Source: Negaprion brevirostris
Lineage: Eukaryota
Length of the DNA stretch: 64,000 nt
Direction of reading: 5' to 3'
Assembly (NCBI GenBank): GCA_030324005.1
Contig: JARDVH010000128.1
Location: 35,685,589-35,749,588, forward strand
This document shows, piece after piece, positions 13,741 through 25,650 of the stretch. Below the pieces are notes generated by a model. The model searched no databases, was not told the origin of the DNA, and saw only the letters and a list, made by a program, of their open reading frames with translations. The position numbers were made by a program, and so were the translations under genes. Position 1 is the stretch's first letter. Every line of letters begins with the position of its first letter.

Positions 13741-14558
13741 AACTATTTTACAAAAAACATAATGATGCTAAGCAGATTTCTTCACCAAAAGTACTTTTGA
13801 AGATTTATTCTTTCTCCTTGACTTTTTTCTTATTGTTTTTCCTCCTATACCCCAAAATCAAAAATAGACCTGCTAATTGAATCAGATCATTTCAGTGCCA
13901 GATTCAGATTAGTAGATATGATTCAATCCTTTGGTTTTCCTCAAGTAACTGAGATAAAAAGAAAATTCTGACTTTGAAACAGAAAATGTTAAAGCACAAA
14001 AACAGTAACTTTAAGGCAGAGACTCTTCTTTGGAAAGCACATGGTACACATGATGTTCCTTGCACCTGATGCTGACTTAGACAATCCTCCAGTCAAATAT
14101 CACTTAAAAACAACGTGTGCACGTTTCTGGAAAGATTGAATGCACTATTTTGGGGCCACTTGGAGACACTATCAACGTAATTTGTTGTTTTTAACTGCTA
14201 CTGAAATATATATGCAAAATTAGACTAAGATTATGAATTGTGCATGTTTGCATAACATCAAATCGTGAGGTTACCAATGAAAATGTTTAGTTATTGTGGG
14301 GTTTCCCCCTTCTTTGAAGTTTTAAGTTGATTAGAGATAGTCAAGAAATCTGGTTCAAGATCTTTGTTCTTTCTTCGGTTTGGTTTCCAGACATGTGAAG
14401 GCAGCCTTGGGGTTGACTTATTCTCCTTTGCTTGGTGTTTTTGTGTAATTGGGATCTTGGGTACTAGTTTGCCTGAACTCTAATCTATTGTGACACAGTG
14501 CTATTATGCAAAACATGAACATTTGCTGGAGATATTTTAATATAGCTTTCTTTTCCAG

Positions 14559-14764
14559 AAGTACAAAACAGCAGCAACAACAAAAACACAAAAGTTCAAG
14601 CAAAGAAATTGTTTCTGTGTCACATACTCCAAGGAAATCCATGGTTGAGTCATCACTTTCCAGTCACAGCAGTATCCTCAGCTATGGGACAGACACATCG
14701 ATGATGTCCACCGTACTGGATGAGTCTTCGATTCGAGAAAAAACAGAACTGGGTCATTTCTGGG
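14559..14764 (+). CDS. SUN1: SUN1 coding exon (STKQQQQQKHKSS...VLDESSIREKTELGHFWG)
   Basis: ttttccag| acceptor and |gtaag donor. Matches SUN1 VLDESWIREQTTVDHFWG. Confidence 0.93.
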
Positions 14765-15414
14765 GTAAGCAGGACAAAGACCAAGTTGTTAAATTAGATA
14801 CAACTACCTTCTGATTAGTACTTTAGATTTCTGATTAGTAAAGCATTGAAGAACTAAATAACTATAACTTGAGCAATTTATTTTCCTATTGAATGTCGTG
14901 TTGGAGACTTAATGTTTGGAAACAAATCTGATTTACATACAATGCTTAATATTTTTAGATTTATCAACCGAGTTTTCAGTCACAGTATCTGTTCTCATTA
15001 GAGTAATGCTGATTTACTTTTATCTGGAAATCCTTTTAAAAAACATTTCAGAGACGGCTCATACTTTTTGCTCTTTACTGTAATGTCTCCTATTCCTTCA
15101 ACCAGGAGATGTATCAGAAACTACCTCTTTACTCTAATCACAGCCCTCGTTGGAATCTTTCCCCATGATCCTTCAGAATGAGTGCTGAATACAATGTCCA
15201 TCATTTCATATGCTGCATTACTAATATAATTTTGTGATTCTGTGATTTCCTTTTCACTCTTGTTGGCAATGCTCTTTTAATCCACAGGTGTCAGTCCACC
15301 TTGTTGTCAAACGAGGGGCATGCACATGGTGGGTCGTGCGTGGGCTACTCTTGGATGTTTCGAGAGTGGCCTAGTACTTCGTGTCGTTGTGTGTGCTTAA
15401 ACCTGGACCAGCAG

Positions 15415-15750
15415 ATGGGCACCACAACAGCTCAGTGACTATCACTGCTAGCTGTGCAGATACATGGATTTGGGCCTGTGTCTGTGGGAGTTTGCGCATT
15501 CTCCCTGTGGTTGCGTGGGTTTCCTCCGGGTGCTCCGGTTTCCTCCCACACTCCAAACATGTGCTCTTAGGCTGATTGGTGTACCAAATTGACCCTACAC
15601 TATTCTCCCCTGAATCTGGCTACATTAGGGGTGCCATTTGCATACACACGGGGCAGGGTAGGTGTAGGAAAATGCTTTGTTAAAATGGCGGCGCGGGCTC
15701 GTTGGGCCGAAGGGCCTGTTTCCCGTGCCGGGTTGTTCTTTGTTCTTTGT
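15415..15750 (+). mobile_element. HE1/V-SINE-like tRNA-derived SINE
   Basis: Core gggtttcctccgggtgctccggtttcctcccaca..ccaaa and CR1-like tail gggccgaagggcctgtt. Confidence 0.8.
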
Positions 15751-16544
15751 TATGATATGCCAAGTGCTCATCCAGATACTTTTTAAAGGACGTGAGGCAT
15801 CCCGCCTCCACCACCCTCCCAGGCAGCGCAGTCCAGAGCCCCCACCACCCTCTGGGTGAAAAAGGTTTTTGTCACATCCCCCTTAAACCTCCCACCCCCT
15901 TACTTTGAATTGGAATCAGTCTGTCTCTCAAATTTACCCAGTCATGTTTTTATTGTTGTTGATGTTCTATATGTCTATAATACAACATTATTTCAATGAT
16001 TAATAAGATTATTAGTATTAATTAACATTATTTCAATCATTTAGCCTACCTGTCGTACTTCTGTACTTTTTCATTCAATATTCTTTTACTCTGTATCCTA
16101 GCGTATGTTCAGCTAACTCGGTGATTTCAAAATTATTTGATTTGCTTGCTAAAATTAAGCAGATGATTTTTTTAATGTGTTTTTATGCAGCTCTCATGCG
16201 TGCATGTATATTTTATAATAAATGCATGCACTTTTTTAACGGGATTGTATTTAATCCAAGCTTCTGGAGGAGAAATAGTTTAAAAATAAAAGGTAGATAA
16301 TGACAGTCATTTACAATAGGGAAAAAAAGCAACTGAAGGATTCAAACTACCCTCTATCCCTTAATTGCCATTCCCGCTGGTGAGTAGCTTAAATCGCAGT
16401 TAACCTTTGAGTCACCTTGCCTGTTATTTATTTAACAGCAATTAGACTTTGCAGCCTTAAAGGGTCACACCCCGAGTGTAGGAGTGCTTTACAAGCTATA
16501 ACACACATATTCAGCTGCACAACCTGTTCTGGTCCCCCTATGCC

Positions 16545-16631
16545 GACACTATAGTTAAGAAAGCCCACCAATGCCTCTACTTTCTCAGAAGACTAAGGAA
16601 ATTTGGCACGTCAGCTACGACTCTCACCAAC
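16545..16631 (+). mobile_element. Rex1/Babar-like LINE RT fragment
   Basis: Reads VKKAHQCLYFLRRLRKFG..ATTLTN. A second copy lies on the - strand at 59805-59925. Confidence 0.65.
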
Positions 16632-19269
16632 NNNNNNNNNNNNNNNNNNNNNNNNNNNNNNNNNNNNNNNNNNNNNNNNNNNNNNNNNNNNNNNNNNNNN
16701 NNNNNNNNNNNNNNNNNNNNNNNNNNNNNNNGGGCTCGTTGGGCCGAAGGGCCTGTTTCCCGTGCTGGGTTGTTCTTTGTTCTTTGTTCTTTTCGAGTTC
16801 ATCTTGTGAAATATCTGCTTCTCGCACTCCAGTGTTTTGCAGCACTTTAGCATTCCAGCAGCAGGCTTGAAAATTGTCTGATGGTCCTAACTTTCTTGCA
16901 CCTGGTGCATGGTATTTTTGAGTCTTGCTGGGAGCATTTTGAGTTTTTTAAATAGGAGCTTGGTGTGTTTAAAGTCCAATTTTGGATTGGTAAAATCTGT
17001 TTGCCTTTACTGGTAATAACTAATAATTGGCTTAGCAGATAACATTTTAACTCATTTTACTAATTTTCTCTTTAAACACATTTAGTTTTTTTTACATTGA
17101 GTGAACAAAATGTCTTTTGAATGAGGAAAATGTTCTTTTAAATGTAATTTCAAGTATGAATTTGGTGTTGACCAAACTCTGGGTTGGTTGGCACACGAGT
17201 CTCAGAAATTAACTAATGTTTGTGTAAGACAATGAAAGACTAAGCATTAGATGTATTATAAACAAAATGCTCACTCCGAAGTCTGTTAGCATGTGGAGTA
17301 TCACAAGCATTAACAAACGAAACACACGCAATTTGGCGATGTTATCTTAGAACCACCAACACGTTCTTTTAGGAAACCACGTCAACCGCAGAAAGGGAAG
17401 CAAGGGTGAAACAAAACTGCTCTAAAACTTAGTGGCTGTTCAAACAAAACAGTCCATAGGGAGCAAATTTCAAATTGATTTTAGCAGTTCTGTGCTTCCA
17501 CCAATATATTCGAGTTTGCACAGAACCCTGCGTTTAAATTCAATCTAGCAAATACTTCTGTTTTGAAGTGTAGTCATTTCAAGTGAAGGGATACTGTTTA
17601 TTTTNNNNNNNNNNNNNNNNNNNNNNNNNNNNNNNNNNNNGAAAGGTCTAGAACGCTGTTTTCATTACTCTAGTGCTTTTACGTTCTGTGTCTGTTTCTT
17701 TGAATAATATTCAAATTTTGAAACTGGATATGAAATGTAGTCTAATCCTGAACCTTAGTTATATTGTGTTCTCCCAAATGTGGTCCAATACATTTGAGGT
17801 TAGTGTACCTAAGTTTCCATCAGAAACTTGGTTGTACCAATTGAAGTGTATTTAGCAGTTGCAAATCTTTGAAATGCATTTTTTTGCATTAATCATTCTT
17901 TGGACATGGTAAATGCACTGTCCAGCATAGAGTTGTTGTACAGACGTAAGTAAATCCCACATTAGATTCTTCTATCTCTACTGAGTTATTAAAGGGTATT
18001 AAAACTGATTTTAATACTTGAATTAAAGGATGAAAAATTAGCTTTGGTTTTGGCTACTAATAGCTATTCATTGATCTCAGCTGGAAGGTGGGTGCACGTG
18101 GCTGGTGGGTGAGAACTAGTTGAGGTTATCTTGTGGTTGAATGGCCTTCTGCAATTTGCTGCTAAACTCCTTTAACGGACAGCTTGGGAAGAGGTGTGAA
18201 AGGATTGATGATGCTTATGAAATTGTACCCTGCATAAGCTCAGGAAATGGTGGGCTGTGATAGAATTTACCACAGAGCAATATCGACACAAAACAAAAGT
18301 GTTGCTTGTAGTGAAGTTTATTCAATGATTTGTTAGTTATTTGCTTCATCATGCAATGGAACAGGATTAGTTGCAGTAAAATGAAATATTTGCATTTATG
18401 TAGTGCCTTTCATGACCTTGGGATGCCCCTTGGCGCTTTACAGCCAATGAAGAACTCAGTGCTGTTATGTCGGTAGTTGCTTTTTAGTAATAGGTTTTTT
18501 TAGCTATTTGAATTCAGCGTTTTATTCAACATAAAACAGGTATTGCTGCTGCAACTGGAGTGAACCTTCCCTTTGTTTGAGCATTTGACCTGAAGTAACT
18601 GCTGAAGGGCACTTGCTTTCCTTCAGTCCATTGGCGCTAAAGTTGCGTGATCGGTTAAATACAGTGTACTTGAGCATAATGGAANNNNNNNNNNNNNNNN
18701 NNNNNNNNNNNNNNNNNNNNNNNNNNNNNNNNNNNNNNNNNNNNNNNNNNNNNNNNNNNNNNNNNNNNNNNNNNNNNNNNNNNNNNNNNNNNNNNNNNNN
18801 NNNNNNNNNNNNNNNNNNNNNNNNNNNNNNNNNNNNNNNNNNNNNNNNNNNNNNNNNNNNNNNNNNNNNNNNNNNNNNNNNNNNNNNNNNNNNNNNNNNN
18901 NNNNNNNNNNNNNNNNNNNNNNNNNNNNNNNNNNNNNNNNNNNNNNNNNNNNNNNNNNNNNNNNNNNNNNNNNNNNNNNNNNNNNNNNNNNNNNNNNNNN
19001 NNNNNNNNNNNNNNNNNNNNNNNNNAAAAAGACAAGTCAAGTAAGTGACTGGTATATTTGTAGCATAACAAAGTAAATATGAATATACTGCTTGGGTAAA
19101 ACTTAGCCACGTGAATTTGTGCTACAGGACTCCACGGTTGTTGTGGTATGACAGTTCTGTTGGGGGTCTCACTTGAAATGCACTTGCAGACACTGAGGAT
19201 AGGTTCAGCTTCTCTGATTATCACTGTCCTGACTAGTAAAATAGACTTCTAATCATTTAGACAAGACTC

Positions 19270-19750
19270 CAAACTGGCCGGAATATTATGTTTGATTCTG
19301 GGCACCATGCTTTAGCGGTAACATAAAGGCTTTGAAGAGGGCACAGAAGAAATTTACCACCCTGACCCCAAGGAATAGGGAATACAGATATGGGGACAAA
19401 CTGGAGAAACTGGTGTGTTACTTTTTGGGGCAGTGAATGTAAGAAAAGATTTGGAAATGTTTAAAAATATGAAGGGTTTCCATAGAAATAGCAGATGACA
19501 AAAGAGCTCAGGTTTAAATTGATTGTAACCACAAAATCAGCAGCAACATGAGGATGATGATTTATTAATGCAATGTGGTTGTACAATTCACTGCCTGATA
19601 GGCTGGTGGATAAATATTGAATAGTAGTTTTCAAAAGGGAACTGGATAATTGAAGGAAAAGATAATTGTAGAGTTATTGGGAAAGAGTGGTAGGGTCAGG
19701 CTAGGTCTTCAAAAGAGCTGGCTCATACTCCGGGCTGAATAGCCATCTTC
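19270..19750 (+). mobile_element. Degenerate CR1 LINE 3' fragment
   Basis: Remnants of FWAP..R...LKRAQKKFT and the CR1 3' UTR pattern. Confidence 0.6.
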
Positions 19751-20040
19751 CTTACAGGGGTGGTGAACCCCACTACCAGATTTCTCTGGCAGTGTTGCAA
19801 CACCACCCCTATTGCTGAAAATTTTGCTGTTAAACCTGCCCCTGTTTTGGTGGGTTGTGCCAATTTTGGGGAGCAGGGGATACTGCTGGGACTAACATAA
19901 TAAGAAAAACGTAACATAAGAAATAGGAGCAGGAGTAGGCNNNNNNNNNNNNNNNNNNNNNNNNNNNNNNNNNNNNNNNNNNNNNNNNNNNNNNNNNNNN
20001 NNNNNNNNNNNNNNNNNNNNNNNNNNNNNNNNNNNNNNNN

Positions 20041-20200
20041 CCCCTCGCTATGAAGGCCAGCATCCCATTAGCCTTCCTGACCACCTGCTGCACGTGCAGG
20101 CTGGGTTTTTGCGACTCGTGCACAAGGACCCCGAGGTCCCTCTGCACCGTCGCATGCTGCAGTTTTTCGTCATGTAAGTAATAGTCCTTCCTACTATTTT
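20041..20200 (-). mobile_element. CR1 LINE fragment
   Basis: Minus-strand VQRDLGVLVHESQKPSLHVQQVVRKANGMLAFIAR is a CR1 ORF2 motif. Confidence 0.85.
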
Positions 20201-21537
20201 CAGAGACCAGGAAAAGGGGGCCCTTGAAGGAGACAATCCTGAGGTTAAAGTCCAAGTTTATTTGGTAGCACAAGCCACAAATTTTCAGACCACTGCCCCG
20301 TCATCAGGTGGGTAGGAGTTGTGTTCACAAACAGAGCATACATAGGTACAAACTCAATTTAGTTTGAAAGTTTGTGGTTTGTGCTACCAAATATGCCCAG
20401 GGTGACAGCAAAGACACCCCAGGAGTTTTGTAAGCTCCCTTGCTTGCGAACCTGCCCACCTGCTGTAAAATTCTGCCCTGTAGTTCTCTCCCATGATTTT
20501 GTAAAAAGAAAATCTTATTTGAGTGAAGTACCAAAGAACCACAGACTCAGTCATTCTGTTTTCAGTTCATTCATGGGATTTTGCATCGCTAGCTAGGCTA
20601 GCACTTAAATGCCTGTTTCTAATTTCCCTCAATTGATGCTGATGAGCTGTTGTGTTGGACCCAGTTGGCATGGTGCGATGCTATTCGGAAGTTTGACCCA
20701 GTAACCCACCTAGTCTTAATCTGTGACTAAAGCACAATTTGGTACATTCACTGGCAATATAGAGAAAGGAAGGACAGTCTGTGCAAGAGATACCTCACTT
20801 GGGTGGGATGGAATTCAGGGAGATGGCAACCTGAAATCTTCCCAATCTTCAGGGAGGGGATATTGAACAACTGATTCCCATAAACTGTATGCACTTGATC
20901 TTTGGACACGTGATACATTGTCAAAACTGAGGAGCGAACTTCTTTCATCAAAGGTTGCATAAAAAGGAAAACATGAAATTAAAGGAAAAGAACAAACCTA
21001 ATTCCTGATTAAATTTGAGCGCCACAATAAATGTACAATTAAATCTACATGGTACATCTCATCGCTTATCTGGCATTGTTGATTTGAAAGTGCGGTGCTG
21101 TATATCCTAAATGATTTTAATGTTTAGAATACTGAGCTTGTGCTGCGTAATTTTGTTCACAATTTTGTTCGCTGTTGCTGTGTGAAGGTGTCAATCCTTT
21201 TTTTGTACTACTGGGAAGGAGCTAGTAATTTGCAGTTCAGCAAAAATCAATTGATATAAAGCATTGATTTATAGACAAGCTGGTAGACCCGAGAAACTAC
21301 AATTTAGCATAGAGTGCCATGTGATTTTGTGAATTTAGAATTGTTATTTAAATAAGTGTTCTCATGGCTTGAATTCAGTTTTGCTGGAATTTAATTTTTC
21401 ATGCTTTAACCAGCAAATCTTAATTAAACCCTTAAACACCAGATTTTACAGGGTGTAACAGTCCCTGCATCAATGTCCTCATTGTAATACGTTGTTTTTT
21501 TTTTACAAGTTCGTTGCATTTGCTTATATTTTTCCAG

Positions 21538-21657
21538 GGATGCAGTTATTCATGAGTCACACACAGCATTTGGCCAAGTATGCTGTATCAACTGCAGCTG
21601 TGTGGTTTTTGCATCTGTATCAAACACTTTTATTGAAGACTGGTTTTTACTCCAAAG
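21538..21657 (+). CDS. SUN1: SUN1 cassette-type exon (MQLFMSHTQHLAKYAVSTAAVWFLHLYQTLLLKTGFYSK)
   Basis: tttttccag| acceptor and |gtatc donor, 120 nt, phase 1-1, open. Resembles the WLAK...FLVQLFQVVLMK exon of long SUN1 isoforms. Confidence 0.82.
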
Positions 21658-22179
21658 GTATCATCTAACTGTGTGGGGAGAACCATGCGCTTGCATGTTC
21701 TTAAATCTGTTGCTGCCTAGTTGAGCCCTTTCCTCCCTGTTGTAAAAAATGTTGCCACTTTTAAAATTCTCAAGTATAAGGTTACTTATTGGTTGTAGTC
21801 TCTCCAGATGCTTTACCTAAAATACATATCTGAAATATTTAGAATTTTTCTAACCATTTGCAGTGGTATGTGCATGGCATGGAAGATCTAACATCATGTG
21901 CTCTTACCTGTAGATCACTTTAACTTGTTTAAATTAGGCAGCATGTCACTGTTTCCCTATTTGTGTTGGAGGGCTGACTAAAGCCAGCTTGTTAAGCTGT
22001 GAGTGGGTATCTAAAATTTAAATAACTTGTTTATTTGATCTTTATTTGCATGCATGAGCATCGTCATCCTGGCTACATGCAAAATGCAATAACTACTCAT
22101 TAGTTTGACAAGTCAAGATTTTTCTCTGCACAATATTTTTTCTGAGAAAGACAGCTAAGGATCAGTTTCTGTGTTGCAG

Positions 22180-22263
22180 CCCATTCAAGTTACTGTGGAA
22201 GAATGAATGTAAAAGAGTTGATTACTGGGGATGGACACCTGAATATAAATGGGGAATCTTTGT
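22180..22263 (+). CDS. SUN1: SUN1 cassette-type exon (AHSSYCGRMNVKELITGDGHLNINGESLC)
   Basis: gttgcag| acceptor and |gtaagt donor, 84 nt, phase 1-1. Matches the AH..CGRM...GESLC segment of SUN1. Confidence 0.92.
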
Positions 22264-22394
22264 GTAAGTATTTTGGTTTGATACCTGCTGTTGCCACTTC
22301 ATTCCACAGTTGCTTGTGGGGCAAAATGCACTTGACCACAAATTGGGTTCACTTTGCTCACTCCACTAATGTATTGTACTGCCACAACCAACAG

Positions 22395-22511
22395 GTGATG
22401 ACTGTAAGGGGATGAAACACGATACATATAAATCCACAGAGGTGGGGTCCACAAAGTACATGAAGTTTACACAAGTCACGCGGACCATCTGGCTGGTCTT
22501 TGCTTATGCAG
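22395..22511 (+). CDS. SUN1: SUN1 cassette-type exon (CDDCKGMKHDTYKSTEVGSTKYMKFTQVTRTIWLVFAYAG)
   Basis: caacag| acceptor and |gttgat donor, 117 nt, phase 1-1. Carries the CDDCKG.KH motif of SUN1. Confidence 0.92.
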
Positions 22512-22704
22512 GTTGATTTTTAGACTTCTATTTTGTGCTGTGTTGATAAAACTTGTGATATTTGATGTTATTACAACATTTTTGGGATATTTGGTGCATT
22601 AACTATTGTGCAGTATATTTAGTAAATTTAAAGTTACACCAAAAAAGGATTGCCTGACCATGCAAAATTGATGTTTTGCAGATTGATCTGTTTTGTGTTT
22701 GTAG

Positions 22705-22803
22705 GCTCTTTGTTGCTGCAAGTGATGCAGGCTGCTGGTGCTGTTGCCTGGTTTGTATCCAGGAAGGTCTTGTCTATTCTGTGGTTGGCCATTGTATCTC
22801 CAG
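22705..22803 (+). CDS. SUN1: SUN1 exon (GSLLLQVMQAAGAVAWFVSRKVLSILWLAIVSPG)
   Basis: tttgtag| acceptor and |gttatt donor, 99 nt, phase 1-1. Matches SUN1 ...SALWLAVVAPG. Confidence 0.93.
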
Positions 22804-23172
22804 GTTATTTAATTTTAATTTTTCATTTTTGTTCTGTATCTGTTCCACCTATTCATTTTTTTCACTTGACCTTTCTAGAGCTGGTGTTTATTGTGCATGT
22901 TTGGTGGTAGAGCATTGCAAGCTTAGATTTCACCCCGAATCTTGAGCATCTAGCAATAACTTCAATAGTATTAACCCTGGCTTAATTTTCTTAAGCGTCG
23001 TGTACTTGCACTCAGATTCATGCATTTTTTCCCTATTTTCTCAGATTTATATTTGGGCTAGTTTATATAGCCTATTTTCCATGGGATTTGCACCTATGCA
23101 AATTACTTCCCTGGGTAATCAACTGAATTCTTAATTATACATCAGTCTTGTGCATTTGTCTGTTTTTCTCAG

Positions 23173-23266
23173 GAAAGGCTGCTTCTGGAGCTTTCTGGTG
23201 GCTTGGGACTGGATGGTATCAGCTGATCACTTTAATGTCCCTTCTTGATGTATTTTTGCTCACCAG
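23173..23266 (+). CDS. SUN1: SUN1 exon, hydrophobic region (GKAASGAFWWLGTGWYQLITLMSLLDVFLLTR)
   Basis: Nearly identical to SUN1 GKAASGVFWWLGIGWYQFVTLISWLNVFLLTR, with canonical splice sites. Confidence 0.96.
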
Positions 23267-23396
23267 GTATGTTGAGCTGATGTCAATTGATTTCAGTTTG
23301 TTTAGCAATGAAAATGTAATGCATGGAAGAATTATGGGCTTTAGAATTTGCTGGTGTAATCTAGTTTGGCAACTATTGTTTTGTCTATGCATCCAG

Positions 23397-23455
23397 GTGT
23401 CTATCCAAATCGCTCAGATGGTTATTCCTGTTGATCCCACTTCTTCTCTTATGTG
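23397..23455 (+). CDS. SUN1: SUN1 exon, transmembrane segment (CLSKSLRWLFLLIPLLLLC)
   Basis: atccag| acceptor and |gtaag donor. Matches CLRNICKFLVLLIPLFLLL. Confidence 0.93.
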
Positions 23456-23534
23456 GTAAGCAAACCCCTACAAGTTTGAATGATCTGTGGTCCTGATAGT
23501 AAGTGTACTGTGATGTGCTGGAGCACAGTGAAGA

Positions 23535-23845
23535 AACGGTGGTGTAGTGGTATTGTCACTGGACTAGTAATCCATTGGCTTGGTAATTCTCTGGGGACCT
23601 GGCCCCAAATGGGAGATTGCTAAATTTAAATTCATTAAAAAATCTGGAGTTAAGTCTAATGGTGAGCATGAACCGTTATAAAAACCCATCTGCTTCGCAG
23701 ATTTCTATCCCTAAAGGACATGCCTACATGTAACTCCAGATCCACAGCAATGTAGCTGACTTTTAATCTCCTTGGCCATTCAGTTCAAGGGCAGTTAGGG
23801 ATAGGCAATAAATGCTGGCTCAGCCAGTGGTGCTCCCATCAAATG
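23535..23845 (+). mobile_element. tRNA-derived SINE (second family)
   Basis: tRNA-like head ggtggtgtagtggtattgtcactggactagtaatcc. A related inverted copy lies at about 47110-47400. Confidence 0.65.
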
Positions 23846-25650
23846 AATTTTAAAAAATGGATTAACAAACTGCCAAAGCAACATTGTACATGGAAGCTGA
23901 TTTGTGATTTGGAAGCACTTTAAAGCATACCTGACATGTGTAATATGTGTAATGTTTTAAGATTAGGTTTCAAATTGAAAGACTGATACCCAACACAATA
24001 TGGCTGTGCTCCAAGTCTAAACTAAAGTTGCCTCTGGCAACCATATAAATGAATATGATGTTCCATCTCCCTGCCAAATGCATTCTGTGGGTCTAATTAT
24101 TGGCTTGGAGAGAGGTGTGCTTTATCTTGAAATCCCACTGAATGGACTTAAACTGTGGCACAAGGAAGACATGGTCCGGCCTGCAAGAGAGATAGATCTT
24201 TACCACATTAGACAAATTGTGAGCTTGGATCTGTTCTTCTGCCTCCAAATGCTCAAGATTGAGCCAACCTCCAAAAGAGCAACACTACTTCCTGCATCCC
24301 AAAGTGATCCACAAGTAGACACAACTTGACAAAGTCCACAAAGAGGACTGGATGTAAAATTGGATTATGTTGTCCGTTTACCACAGAAACACTATTCCTT
24401 GACTAGGTAGAAGCTACGTGAAATGTCCCTTCACTTCTCCACTGTGCGAAAACACCCTGCTTATGAGGTGTATAACACGACGAGCATATACCACTACACT
24501 GCCTTCTGGCAATCCCTCAGTGAGGAGGATGCTTTCCATGGAATACAGCCTGTAACAAGAACTTGCGTGTGAAGTCATCTTAATGTTGGGGGTCTGCTGT
24601 GCTACAGTTACCACACCATTATGGCGCACCTGCAGACTCTCCCGTTCATACTGCCTGCATTAGAAGGATTTGCAAGTTGATTAATTTACTAGCCATGTCA
24701 TGAAGATCTTCTGTGGCCATTAAGTCCTGGAGTGGGATGTGAACACAGCTTCTGGGCTCAGTGGCAGTCTATTCACTGTGCCATGAGACCTCCTAATGCT
24801 GTTAGATCAACAGACTCGGTATTGATGTTTATCCATGAAAAAAAATTAATTCCATCAGCATGTATATAGTGTATAATTTGCAAGTTTTGTTTTAGAAAGC
24901 AGCAAATTGGACAACTTAAACATACAGTAAAGGATAGGCACTAAGCACCGAATCAAGAAACAAGAGAACCTGCAATGGGAGGATGTGTAATGTGTTCTGA
25001 GTGTCAACTTGGTTAGAACTGAAGTCTGCTTACAAGTTTATTTACTTTTTACACTTCAAATAATAACTGCAACACTACGTGTGCATTCTTTTTATTGATA
25101 TAATGGTGTAATCAACTGGGTAAATATGTATTCTGTAGATAATCTGTAGTCACTGAAAAAGGTAGTGGAAATAGTGCAGTTAAATTTCCATTTGGTACCT
25201 AATGGTTAAATGGTTTTCATGTGGCTAATCAAAATTAGCAGTCTGACATTGCCTTGACTTATTGCAAGTTGTTTAAAAATGTGAAAGTTTAAAGTTTATT
25301 TATTAGTGTCACAAGTAGGCTTACATTAACACTGCAATGAAGTTGCTGTGAAAACCACCTCGTCACCACACTCCTGGCATCTGTTTGGGCACACTGAGGG
25401 GAGAATTTAGCATGGGCAATGCACCTAACCAGCATGTCTTTTGGACTGAAGTTCTAAAAGGACCAGGAGAATTATATGAAAGAAGAAAGCAGGAATGCTT
25501 GTTATCACTTAACTTGCTTAATAGTGCTTAAGATCTAGACAAAACAACAGTTTTCCAGTTTGTCTGTGGCAAGTCCTTAGCAAATTTATTGCAAATAAGC
25601 TGAATGTGTTTTTTATTTCCATAAAAATAACATGCCTTTTCTTTCTTTAG

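Noticed and set aside
15288-15400. Acceptor-like tccacag| followed by an open frame in SUN1 phase
   Set aside because: It has no SUN1 similarity, ends in TAA, runs into a SINE and has no convincing donor.
23535-23610. tRNA-like sequences here and at the SINE heads (32700-32757, 55995-56045)
   Set aside because: These are degenerate tRNA-derived SINE heads, not intact tRNA genes.
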